Positions 11,035-22,600 of a stretch of DNA of 64,000 nt are shown one piece after another. The first letter of the stretch is position 1. The number at the start of each line of letters is the position of its first letter. The notes under the pieces were generated by a model. It was not told the DNA's origin and searched no databases. It saw nothing but the letters and a program-made list of their open reading frames with translations. The stretch comes from a virus. Both the position numbers and the translations under genes were made by a program. The DNA lies in IMG/VR virus record IMGVR_UViG_3300014775_001776, positions 40,711 to 104,710 of that record; one strand, 5' to 3'.

Positions 11035-11860
11035 GTTTAGATTTACAATATCAGATTTAGATCAACAAATCAATATTCCAGTAAAAATTGATTTTGATCT
11101 CAATGGACAAGAAGATTTAATCAAAATATTTGAAAATGATGTAATAGATAAAGTCATAAATCCAATCAAAAATTTTGAAACGATCAAATTCTCACATAAG
11201 CCAATAGGCGATCCACCAAAATCGGAAATAAATTATATATTTAATTTTTTCGATTATAGTCAAAACATATCAAATACATCTTTTGGGGATTCTGAATTAT
11301 GGATTAACGATTACAATTCAACGACAAACCCAGATTTTACAGGACAGTCCTTTACTGATAAAGAAATATATTATGGTGCGAATTCATTCAAAAGAAGTTT
11401 TTTCAAATTAGATTTTTATGATAGTAAAAACTCATCAGATCAAAAAAATTACTTTACAGTTATAATACCAACACAACAAGGGGGAAACGTAATAAGAAAT
11501 ATTGGAACAGAACTGGTTCCCAATAACGTAAAAATTCGTATACCTAACTTTAAATTAGACTATGTGGGGGATAAAGAAGGGTTTTATATATATTTCACTG
11601 AAGATTTATCTTTAATATCTTCTAATACTTTCTTTATGTCAGTTAAGTTCTTCAACGCAAAAATAGGAGAGTTTGTGAGGTTTTTAACCTCACCACAATC
11701 GATCATTTCTACCAAATTTAATTTTAAAAAAGAGGATTATTTTTATCACAAAATTGTAATGGATTTTGAATCATTAAAATATTCAGTTTTTAATGATCAA
11801 GACCAACTAATAGGAAGTGAGAATAATCCAATAAACTGGTATGAATATGTAAATCCATGA
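11027..11860 (+). CDS. Hypothetical phage structural protein
   Basis: The ORF track starts at TTG 11006; an in-frame GTG at 11027 overlapping the upstream stop is the more plausible start. It ends in an ATGA overlap with the next gene. Confidence 0.55.
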   Translation: MNKFRFTISDLDQQINIPVKIDFDLNGQEDLIKIFENDVIDKVINPIKNFETIKFSHKPIGDPPKSEINYIFNFFDYSQNISNTSFGDSELWINDYNSTTNPDFTGQSFTDKEIYYGANSFKRSFFKLDFYDSKNSSDQKNYFTVIIPTQQGGNVIRNIGTELVPNNVKIRIPNFKLDYVGDKEGFYIYFTEDLSLISSNTFFMSVKFFNAKIGEFVRFLTSPQSIISTKFNFKKEDYFYHKIVMDFESLKYSVFNDQDQLIGSENNPINWYEYVNP

Positions 11861-12810
11861 GTCAAGATAAATATTATTTTAAAATTTCACCTGAAGTTTT
11901 ACAAAAAGACATAATAGAAAAAAATTACGATGAAGTAGAATTTGGTTTATATAAACCAATAGAATATGTTTTGCAAAATGGTATAATCCAAGAGTTGAAT
12001 TTTACAATATCACTGTCACAAGATATTAAAGATATTGGTTTTTACACTCCTTTTGATGGTACAGTAGATCAACTGAGTCAGATTACTAATTTTATAATAT
12101 CAGGAAACCCGATTAATATCTATGAAATAATATTTTTTGATACATCAATAAAAGAAGGTAAAATAAATATAGGATCGGAATTTACAATAGATTGGGGTGA
12201 TGGATTATCAGAACAAATAAATCCTTTTTTGAATGATTCTATATCGCACATTTATCCATTTGAAGATAATAATTATACAATAACATATACTAGAAAAAAC
12301 AAATGGGGTGAAGTTGAAATAAAAAAAACCATTTCGATTCCGTTTAATCCTTCTAATGTTGAGGGTGAAATTTCATATGAAAATGAGCCTTTTATTATTA
12401 GTGGTTATACAAGTTCGAAACTTAATGAATTGAAACTATATGGTCAGATAAAATATGAGACTTTAAGACCAATAATTAAAAAAGGAGAGTTTTATGGTCA
12501 GGTGACTGAAATGAACGATCAGTATACAGCTTATACAGTTAATCAAATAGATTATTTCGATTATTCAGATGGTACTACAATTTTCTTTGTTGAGAGTTAT
12601 GGACTTAATGAAGAGAACCAAGTCTATTCAGGTACAACAAAAGAAGAAGTTCTTTTAGGAATTGTAGATTCTCCAGAAATACAATCAGAAGTATTTATTG
12701 ATAGAGGTAAATTATCAGGTTTGGAAAGTTTACAAAGACTAGGTGAAATAGACAATATTGGTGATTTACAAAACTACGGGTATAAATATTTTAAAATTAA
12801 TAATCAATAA
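11857..12810 (+). CDS. Structural protein with a PKD-like domain
   Basis: FTIDWGDG...SISHIYP...YTITYT is the PKD-type signature; 317 aa. Confidence 0.6.
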   Translation: MSQDKYYFKISPEVLQKDIIEKNYDEVEFGLYKPIEYVLQNGIIQELNFTISLSQDIKDIGFYTPFDGTVDQLSQITNFIISGNPINIYEIIFFDTSIKEGKINIGSEFTIDWGDGLSEQINPFLNDSISHIYPFEDNNYTITYTRKNKWGEVEIKKTISIPFNPSNVEGEISYENEPFIISGYTSSKLNELKLYGQIKYETLRPIIKKGEFYGQVTEMNDQYTAYTVNQIDYFDYSDGTTIFFVESYGLNEENQVYSGTTKEEVLLGIVDSPEIQSEVFIDRGKLSGLESLQRLGEIDNIGDLQNYGYKYFKINNQ

Positions 12811-12812
12811 TT

Positions 12813-13721
12813 ATGGCACTAGGAAGTTATGGAACCCAAAGACCGGCAGATGTTTTACCCTCTGATGTCGAAGTAATATTAAACTACTCACCAAGTAGGG
12901 ATGTAAGTAATGATACTTTACTTAAAAAATTAAATGCGCAAGATGTATTAACTCCTTTATATCATAACAGTAATACAGGGGGTAACCCTAATGTTGAAGT
13001 AATTGGTGGATTATATAATCTTAAGTTACCTTCATCAGAATTTAATAAAATAGGTATATATACTCTTTATATTAAACCTGTAGAAATAAGAACCACAATA
13101 AGAGATTGTGGTGTTTTATCAGCGCTCCCAAATGTAAAAGGAATAATTTTAGATATTACACAAGTACCGTCTGAATTCAGAAGTAGATTTACAAATAATG
13201 GATTAGTGGGGTATAGAGTAGAATATTTAAATAATGACGGGAGTAAGACGAACAATTTTTTTAGAATTATCACATCTTCTTTTTTCTGTGAGCCAGTAGT
13301 TTCTAATCAAAGTAATACTACTCAGAAAAGTATTAGATATAGATATGTTGATAATGGTAGTGATTTGATATTTTTGACATTATCACCTTCGAGTGCACCA
13401 TCTAATAAACCAAACGCAACACCGTTTATTGGTAACCCAGATCAAAACATTATTGTAACTAATACATTTTTTAATCCAGTTTCTATAGATATTCAATTAG
13501 CTGAACATGATATTGATACGTTGGCATTAGCCTTATATGGTAATCAGACTAAGAGTATTGAAGACGGTATCTATACAATTTATGATAACCAACTTAATAT
13601 ATACAAACAGTATAACTTATTCGAAATCAGAGATGAATTTAATAATTTATTATATGAAGTCCGTCAAAATAGGAATGATAATATAGACTTCAGTAAAAAT
13701 TTCACTAGCATCATTGAATAA
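12813..13721 (+). CDS. Hypothetical phage structural protein
   Basis: 302-aa ORF with a TAATG overlap with the next gene. Confidence 0.6.
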   Translation: MALGSYGTQRPADVLPSDVEVILNYSPSRDVSNDTLLKKLNAQDVLTPLYHNSNTGGNPNVEVIGGLYNLKLPSSEFNKIGIYTLYIKPVEIRTTIRDCGVLSALPNVKGIILDITQVPSEFRSRFTNNGLVGYRVEYLNNDGSKTNNFFRIITSSFFCEPVVSNQSNTTQKSIRYRYVDNGSDLIFLTLSPSSAPSNKPNATPFIGNPDQNIIVTNTFFNPVSIDIQLAEHDIDTLALALYGNQTKSIEDGIYTIYDNQLNIYKQYNLFEIRDEFNNLLYEVRQNRNDNIDFSKNFTSIIE

Positions 13722-16657
13722 TGGCTGATAATAAGTTTAGATATCCACCAGCACCTCCTAATGGAGGTGATACGTTCTCTAAGAACTTAGTTGGTTTGCA
13801 AATCACTGATGGTGGAGGACTAACTCAAGGGAATTTTGATTTTGGTAGTGGTGTAAGTGAAAAGAGTAATAGAAACTTTGATATAGGTGTTTTCTCCGAT
13901 CCAATCACTTTAAGTGATTTACAAGTTAATTCAGTTAATGAAGCTAGAGAAATCGCATCCAAAAAGTTTAATGTCTACCCAAATTATGATCTTACTAGGG
14001 TTACTAATTATGCTCTTTATGGTTCATTAAGAAAAAGATTATCAGCTTCGGTAACTAAAATAATTAATAATTTTCCAGCGGCATTACAGGTAAATTTTAT
14101 TTCTAATAATTATACAACTGGTAATACTGCATATGATATTACATATGATATTAATAACAATGTTACAGAGCTAAAGATAGATGTTAACAGATTAAAAAAC
14201 CCTTTTGGTATAGATTATTCGAAAAACTCAAGTAGAAACATTTCATTGAATCCAATTGGTGTGAGTGAGGTAAGAGATTTAACTAATAATTTCAGTAAAT
14301 ATTCATTATATGTTGATAATGAGTTTAATAATGAATTTAATCTTGTTGATTTCGAGCCATCTGAATTTGTTAGTGGGGGAACAATTACACTATTTGTAAA
14401 TGGTAACCCATTCTTAACAAATACAACAACTAAAACTCTAGTAATTAAGCCTAGTAATTTAGAGACTGAAAAAATATTTGATCAAAGTTTTGATGAAGTC
14501 GAAAAATTCATACTTAATAGACAAATTGTACCAAAATATACTGCTGAATTCCAAGTAATTGAGGAAGACATTAGTGGTAGATATTTCAAGACTAATAAAA
14601 GAGCAACATGGCCACTTGATGGTGAATGGAATTTAGATATTGTTACAAATAGTTATGAAGAATATTTAGAAAAACTTAATAGTATTGGTGAAAGTCTGGA
14701 TGAGTTTAAAACAGATTTAATCTCCAGATTTTTGACTACAGGGGCATTTAAAGATTTCGATACTGATGACCAAAAAATGGAAAAAGTTCTACAACTATAT
14801 GGTAGAAGTTTTGACGAAATTAAAAAATTTATAGACGCTTTAGCACACATAAATTCTGTAAATTATAATGTTCAGGATGATATACCTTCTCAGTTATTAA
14901 AAAACTTATCTATGACATTAGGATGGAACACTGATATTTCTCCGATCAGTAACTCAGATTTCTTAGAATCAGTTTTTAATACAAAAGAAGGATCAATATA
15001 CAGTGGATTATCAAAGGATAAAAGTCCTGCAGAATTGAATTACCAATATTATAGAAATTTAATTTTAAATTCTGCATATCTTTTTAAGTCAAAAGGTACT
15101 CATAGGTCTCTAGAATATTTACTTAGATTCATAGGTGCACCAAAGGCATTGATAGAATTTAATGAGACGGTTTATTTAGCTGATGGTCCGATCAATATTA
15201 ATAATTTTAATCAAGAATTTAATTCATTCTCCGGTGGTTCTAAGATTATTACCGATACTGTATTAGACCCTAATGATGTGTTTAGTTTTGAAGGTGTTCA
15301 ATACACAGGATTTACAACTCAAAGTAGAGTGGTAAATGTTACTGCCACACTCGAAGATTTTCCAGTAGATGAGTTAGGTTATCCTAAAAGTCCTAAACAA
15401 ACTGAAGAGTATTTCTTTGAACAAGGTGCGGGATGGTTCCAACAAACTCCAGATCACAGGTCACTAGAAGTTTTAGATGTTGGTAATTCTACATTCACTG
15501 GACAAAATTCTAATGTTCAAACAACATTAGAGTCATTCACGTATGGTGAAAAATATCTTTCGAGATACAAATATTTCCCAGAAATGAATATTGGATTTGG
15601 AATTACAAGAACAATAGATAATCAAAAGTCATGGGCTTATGATGAAACAGGACTAAGAAAAAATAGTAATCAAGGATTTAATTCATATTATCAGGTTTCG
15701 GATGAAAGACTTGTCATAAATGCAAAAAACATAGAAGTATTTTTGAATATGGGTCAAGGACTAGTCTATGATGTTTGGGATATGTCCAGAAAATTCAATT
15801 ATCCAATTCCTTCTTCAGGATTGACCACAGAATTGTTAAATACTACTGGTACTGACAGAACTATAATAGATCCTAAACCCCAAGAAAAGACCTTCTTTGA
15901 ATTTGCACAAACATTTTACAGAAATTTAATAGACGTAAAAAAACGTCAGACATCATATTACACTTACCCATCTTTACAACAAATTTATTGGGATTACTTA
16001 CAATCGGAAGAAAATATCAATATTCCATCCAATAAATACACTTACCAAAAAATGATCGATTTTACCAACGGTCTAGGTAGTTACTGGACAAAGCTACTAG
16101 AACAAGTTGTTCCTGCGACAACACTTTGGACTGGTGGTCAGAAACTCGAAAACAGTGTCTTTCACAGGCAGAAGGTAGTGTGGAGAAAACAAAGAGGATG
16201 TGAAATAGTACCAATTCCTTGTATACCTTGTACTCTTACAGGACAAATATTTGGATACGATTGTGTCACGAAAGAATTAAGTTGTGATATTACTACTAGT
16301 TTATCATCAATATTGAATTCAACCTTACAAAACTTATTAAATACTAATAACTTAACCACTTCTAATTGTGATCTAAATTCTTTGACTAGTGAATGGTATG
16401 TCTTGTTCAAACTAGATGAAAACGTGATATTAGAAGAAAATTTTTATTCAGGCAATGGGAGTAATGATTTTCCTACACAAGATGAATGGTATAATTCGGT
16501 ACTAGAAAATTTGAATATTTTTACGACTTATGGTCTTGTTTATACTGTGAATGAAAATGTCATTAATATTCAGAATGCTGGGTGTGATACACTATTTGAA
16601 GAAGAATCACTTTCCATAAATGCGAAAGTAGATATTTCAATTAATTGTCAGACATAA
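13721..16657 (+). CDS. Baseplate wedge protein, P2 gpI / T4 gp7-like
   Basis: DDIPSQLLKNLSMTLGW ... YLFKSKGTHRSLEYLLRFIG matches the L..LA...G.W / K.KGT...I..L pattern of gpI-like wedges; 978 aa. Confidence 0.65.
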   Translation: MADNKFRYPPAPPNGGDTFSKNLVGLQITDGGGLTQGNFDFGSGVSEKSNRNFDIGVFSDPITLSDLQVNSVNEAREIASKKFNVYPNYDLTRVTNYALYGSLRKRLSASVTKIINNFPAALQVNFISNNYTTGNTAYDITYDINNNVTELKIDVNRLKNPFGIDYSKNSSRNISLNPIGVSEVRDLTNNFSKYSLYVDNEFNNEFNLVDFEPSEFVSGGTITLFVNGNPFLTNTTTKTLVIKPSNLETEKIFDQSFDEVEKFILNRQIVPKYTAEFQVIEEDISGRYFKTNKRATWPLDGEWNLDIVTNSYEEYLEKLNSIGESLDEFKTDLISRFLTTGAFKDFDTDDQKMEKVLQLYGRSFDEIKKFIDALAHINSVNYNVQDDIPSQLLKNLSMTLGWNTDISPISNSDFLESVFNTKEGSIYSGLSKDKSPAELNYQYYRNLILNSAYLFKSKGTHRSLEYLLRFIGAPKALIEFNETVYLADGPININNFNQEFNSFSGGSKIITDTVLDPNDVFSFEGVQYTGFTTQSRVVNVTATLEDFPVDELGYPKSPKQTEEYFFEQGAGWFQQTPDHRSLEVLDVGNSTFTGQNSNVQTTLESFTYGEKYLSRYKYFPEMNIGFGITRTIDNQKSWAYDETGLRKNSNQGFNSYYQVSDERLVINAKNIEVFLNMGQGLVYDVWDMSRKFNYPIPSSGLTTELLNTTGTDRTIIDPKPQEKTFFEFAQTFYRNLIDVKKRQTSYYTYPSLQQIYWDYLQSEENINIPSNKYTYQKMIDFTNGLGSYWTKLLEQVVPATTLWTGGQKLENSVFHRQKVVWRKQRGCEIVPIPCIPCTLTGQIFGYDCVTKELSCDITTSLSSILNSTLQNLLNTNNLTTSNCDLNSLTSEWYVLFKLDENVILEENFYSGNGSNDFPTQDEWYNSVLENLNIFTTYGLVYTVNENVINIQNAGCDTLFEEESLSINAKVDISINCQT

Positions 16658-16686
16658 AATCTACACTTAATAAATATTTTTATCAG

Positions 16687-16694
16687 TATTTATA
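16687..16694 (+). promoter_or_regulatory. TATTTATA motif, putative late promoter
   Basis: 4 nt before the ATG at 16699. Confidence 0.6.
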
Positions 16695-16698
16695 ACAA

Positions 16699-19600
16699 AT
16701 GGCCAATACTGCAAAATTAAGATTTTTAACACTATTACAAGATTCAGGATTTAATAATCCTGGATTACTAGTTAGTGGATCTTCGGGTGTTGCGACAAGT
16801 AATAGTCTTGGAGGTGCTCAGGTTGGTGACAATATAGTATTAAAAGGGTTAACAACAGGTATTCCTGTAGGTTCAACAATTGATGGATTAGAGTTTAGTA
16901 ACTTAGTTGGTGCTACCCAAAAATCGATTTTTTTAAGGTTTATAATTGGTTTTTCTAGCGTTCCGGATAATTTAATAAGAGCTGAAGAAGTAACTGGTTC
17001 GACACAACAAGTAACCATTGGTGGGCCCACAGAACTTTTCGGTTATACGGGTCTTACAGTATCACTTTTAGAACAACTAACTTTAAAGTTTTTAGTAACG
17101 TCTAATACGGGTATCGGTGATTTATCAATCACCGGAAGTTCTGTATCGGGAAGTGAACTACCATCAGTTAAAGTTTATTATACTATTCCTCCTACTCCTA
17201 CACCAACAATAACTAGTACTGTTACTAGAACCCCAAAAGGAACTCAGACCGCTACTCCAACCATTACCCCAACCAATACCACTTCAAATACTCCAACTCC
17301 GACTGTTACTCCAGACCCTACTAAAACTCCTGCGTATTATAATTTAATACCTTGTTGTAGATCAGATGTAAATGAATATTATAGAATTAGTCAATCAAGT
17401 TGGGTTCAAAGCCCAATAGGTACATGGCAAATAGAAAATGATTACAATATACCTTCAGGTTGTTATACATTTTCACAAATAGTACCATCTGCGGACCCGT
17501 TAGGTAGTTTTGATTTTACAGGTGATGCGGTCGGTCCAATCTTTCTAGGTTGCGATGATAATAGTCTTTGTTTATGTCCTACAAATACACCTACTCCTAC
17601 AATAACCAGTACACCAACAATCACTCCAAGTAATCCTGTAACGCCAACCCCAACATATACACCTTTACCACCATTTGCCACTCCAACACCCTCTGAAGAT
17701 CCTAAATATAAGGATCAATATCCTAAACGTAATACTCAATATTTTACTTCTAATAATTGTGACGCTACAGTTCAGGATCCAATAATAAAAATATTTGGAA
17801 CTTATGAAGATGGTGAAAATTTAATAAATAAAGTTGTAACTTATGTAGATGATTTAGGTCATTCATTTAGTACGATAATTATTAATAGGGCTAGTTCACT
17901 TACAGACGATCAGATATCTGATGCTAAGTTTGCACAAACAGTTCATGATGATTGTGATGATGCTATAGAATTCATCGAGTATTATGATGGTGACATATCA
18001 AATATGTCATTTAGGGTCAACACATGTGAAGTAAAACCACAAAAGGCATTGCTTAGTATGACATTAAGTAATTCAAATGCTCTTTATCCATATACACATT
18101 TTAAAGTAGGTAGTACATGTTACTCCTTTAATATGTTCTATAAAGATAGTGGTGGATTAGTTGTGAATGAAAAATACTCTTCTTGTAGTGAGTGTGGATT
18201 TAATGGAACACAAACACCAACACCCACACAAACAAGTACACCTACATCAAGTCCAACATATACACCAACATCAACAGTAACTAATACGATTGATACAACA
18301 CCCACTGTAACGCCAACACAAAAATCGACAACTTATATTGCAACAAATTGTTGTAATGATAGTTTGGACATAAATGTTCAAGGTCCAATCAATCCTAAAA
18401 AAATATTTGTTTTTTATGATGGTACTATCCGTGATGAGAAAAAACTCAAATCAGCTTCAAAACAAATTAGGGAATGGTATTCTAGTTATCTAGTTAAAAA
18501 TCAATTTCAGACTGGTAACCTTTATGAGACTGTTATTGGTAATAGTCAGGATAATGCAAATGGTGAAAACTGGTTATGGTGGTCAGTTTATCCATACCTA
18601 GGTTCTTTATCTGGTGGTGATTTATCTGATGGTACTACAATTAACGAGTTTGATGATGTTGTTGAAAATAGTACTTTTATTAGTGAGTCTTGTGATTCAA
18701 GTAAATCAGGTTATAGATGTGCACCATATAAAACCCAAGTTAATGACTTTGGTTCTATCGCACAAAGAATTAACAGAGGTCTTGACCTAGATGACGGAAT
18801 AAGTTCAACAGTATCTAATGGTGTTGCTTTTAGTCATGATAATCTGAATCAGACTTATAATTCAGGAGTAGGACAATTTAATGGTGGTGAAAAAGATTAT
18901 TTGGTAATAACATTTATTGAAGAATCTGATGGTGAGATCGGGATGTACCATGGGCAAAGTACTAAAGATGATTTAATATATGATCCTTTTACACTAAAAG
19001 GTTATGGATGGGATCTGTCTCAAAGTAAAGAACCGACCAACAGGTATAAACATGATTATGAATCTTATCTTTCTGTTTGGGCTGACATTACTAACAATTT
19101 ATCTGGTGAAATAAATACTGCATTATATAATGTTACTGATGACTTACTGTCAAACTTTGCGTTTTCATTACATAATTTAGCTGCGGTTGAAGGTAATACT
19201 ATAAGTGCGTCTGATTTCCAAACAAAGTATGGTGATTCTATAACTGATGTGGGTCCTCAAAACTTAAATTTATCTATACTCACATCTGAAAATCCATACT
19301 CTGATCTTGAAACTACGACTAATTTTAATGATGTACTAAATCCTGAACAAAGAGAAAATGGTCCTGGTCTCACAAACTTTGGTTTCTTTACTAATCCTAC
19401 ACTCACAGAATGGGATGATAATACTTACTTAAGTGAAATAGGTACAAATGTCGACTATTTCTTAAAAGACGGATTTATACATGCTGGTCAATGTTATCAA
19501 TTCTTAAGATATGAAAATGTTACTCCCGCAGTTGTCATAAATGAATCAGATATTGTAAAAAATATTTGTTCAACTGACGATTGTGTACCTTTGTTATGTC

Positions 19601-22600
19601 CTAGTCCTACTGCAACGCCTACAAATACTATCCAACTTACACCAAATGTAACACCTACAATAACGAATACACCATTTATTACTAGAACACCAACAGTCAC
19701 ATCGACAATACCAGTAACACCTACACAATCTGTAGGAATTGCAAAATTACCTCCACAAACATTAGAATTCAATAAATGTAGTGTCGGAACTCCCGGTGAT
19801 AACACTCTTTATGTTAATCTGACATTATGGCAAAGTAATGGAGAAAAAATATCCTTTTACCATGGAGGATCATGTTATGAAGCAAAAAACACTAATCAAG
19901 TAACTACCAATTCACCCACTGCTTATCCAACAGTATGGTTCATCAGATGTCAAGATTGCGTAAACTATTTGGATGAATTACCCACACCAACACCTACACA
20001 AACACCAACAATCACCCCACAATATAGATGGGTTAACTTTGTAAGTTGTTGTGATAGCGGATTCTTGGTAAGAATAAAATTAAGAGTTGATGTTACACCC
20101 CTAGCTGGCCAAGGATTTTTCTATAATGACTGTTATTATTATGATCCGGTTTACGAGTTTTATAGTGGTGGTGTAGATTTAATAATAAGTAGTATTGTTT
20201 TAGATGGTCTCGATGATGATTTTTGTCAATCCTCATATTGTTCAACTTATGATCCGTGTCCAACATTAACGCCTACAAGTACACCAACAATTTCAATAAC
20301 CCCCTCACCTACAGAGACGACACCATTAAATTATTATAAAATTAATCCAAAAAGTTGTTGTGATGAATCACAACCATTTACAAACGGTTTATTTATAAAT
20401 GATTTAGTACCTGAAGGAAGTGTATTCATATATAATGGTGAAGAAATTGCATCCCTTAGAGGACAATGTTTTATTGCCGAATATGATCCAAATGTCAATC
20501 CTACTGAATATATTGTAGTTAATGAATTTTTAGGTAAATGCACTGAATGTAGCCAATTACCAGGATTTAAAGCTTGTGAAACACCAACCCCAACACCAAC
20601 AATAACATTGACTCAAACTCCAGACCTTTGTGCAGATCAAGACATAGTTATTCTTATTGATCAGTCAGGAAGTATTGGTAGTCAATCTAATTTTGATTTC
20701 TTAGTAAATGGTGCTATCGAAATAGCAAATTTATTAGAGGATCGTATGGATGCTGGTGAAGTACAAATAGGCGCTTATAAATGGTCAGATTGTGCTGAAG
20801 ATAAAATAGAACTATTAACAGGACTAACATCCAACCATACAAACTTTGTTAATGCATTAAGTGGTACGAGTTGGGATTTAGGTTATACGTATGCATCCAA
20901 ACCCATAGAACTGGCTTATAACCTTTTAAGTGGAAGTACAAATACTGAAGCTAAAAAGAACATCATTTTGATAACTGATGGTGTGATTTCAGATTTTACA
21001 GAGGCACCGGAATGTATTGATTTAGACAATCCGTTATATTCAACATCTCAGATCGCTTCCTTATTAAAGTTAGGATTGTATGGAAATGGTGAGCAAGTAA
21101 ATATTTACACCGTTAATGTAATAAATGGAAGTAATAATCAATTAGAAAGTATTTCATCAGGAGATGGATACCACTTCTATGCAGATTCCTTCTCAGATTT
21201 TCAAAATGTTGTATCTGGACTTATTGTTGATCAGGTATGTTCAGAAAGACCTATAGTTGAATCTGTAGAGAAATATCGAGCAAATCCATGCTGTGGGGGT
21301 GATCCTATTCTTGTTGGTGTTGCTAATGCAACGACTAGTGTTATAGGTAAAGGATTTGTATTTAATGGTGCTTGTTATGAAATCGAAGTTATAGTTCCAG
21401 GGAATGATGCTCCCGATCATGAAGTTTCTTCTAATGATTTATTTGACGATATTTGTTTAGATGTTAACAAATGTTCTTGTTTAAATTACAGAAAATTTGA
21501 ACTAGAAAATTGTTGCGATCCAAGTGATGTTATAACAATTGGATATTCAGCGGGTCAACCAGTATTAGGTTCAGGTATCGAATACAATAAAAAATGTTAT
21601 CAGTATAGAGGAAATGAAGGTAGTGGAGATACACAATTACTTTTAGATACTTTAGTGTTATCTATGTGTGGACAGGAAGGTTGTTTATGTGCTACACCGA
21701 CACCAACTGTTAGTCCAACGACTACAATGACCCAAACACCATCAATTACCAGTTCACCAACTGTGACAATAACTCCCTCTATAACTTCTTCCGAGACTCC
21801 GACACAAACACCCACCAACACAATTACTTCGACTATTACTGCTAGTCAATCGCCAACTATAACACCTTCTAATACATTAACAGTTACACCTACTAATACT
21901 ACACCTTCAGAATATGTAATTTACTCATTATCTGGTGTATGTGGAGAAGGGACTAAGTTATTATTTGTCAGTTCGATTGTAGAACCAGGAGATTTTATCC
22001 AATACAGTGGAACGTGTTATGAAGTTTTACAATACTCGGCCGGTACACCGACTGATACAGTAGACGTATTACCGAGTGAAATTTATGAAAATGCAGATGC
22101 ATGTACTCAAGATAGTCCTTGTGTTACATTAACTCCAACACCAACTCTCACACAAACACCGACAGTAACCATTAATAATACGCCTACTAATACTCCAACA
22201 CACTCACACACCGTCACACCATCTAAAGCAACTAAAGTTGCTATTATTCAATCTTGTTGTACTGGGGGTACGACTTATGAAATTTCAGTTACTACTGACG
22301 TAACAATAGGTGATTCTTTATTATATTCTGGATCGTGTTTTAATGTAATTTCACTTCCAGCAGGTCCAACAACTGGATTGATATATTATGATTTACCTTA
22401 CACTAGTTGTACTGACTGTACATCTTCTGAGACAATCTGTCCGACAGCGACCCCGACTGAAACACCAGCCGTTACTACTACCCCAACAAAAACACCTAAT
22501 ATTACTCCAGAAGTAACTTCGACACCAACTGGAAGTTTACCAATAGATACTTGGTTGGCTAGGGGTTGTTGTGACTTTAATGATACATTAAGAGTTAACG

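Noticed and set aside
1274-16657. Bacterial extracellular contractile injection system or tailocin rather than a phage
   Set aside because: The flanking nrdA and RuvC-like genes, the T4-like wedge size and the recurring phage-type upstream motif favour a phage genome. Capsid and terminase genes are not in the window, so this rests on context.
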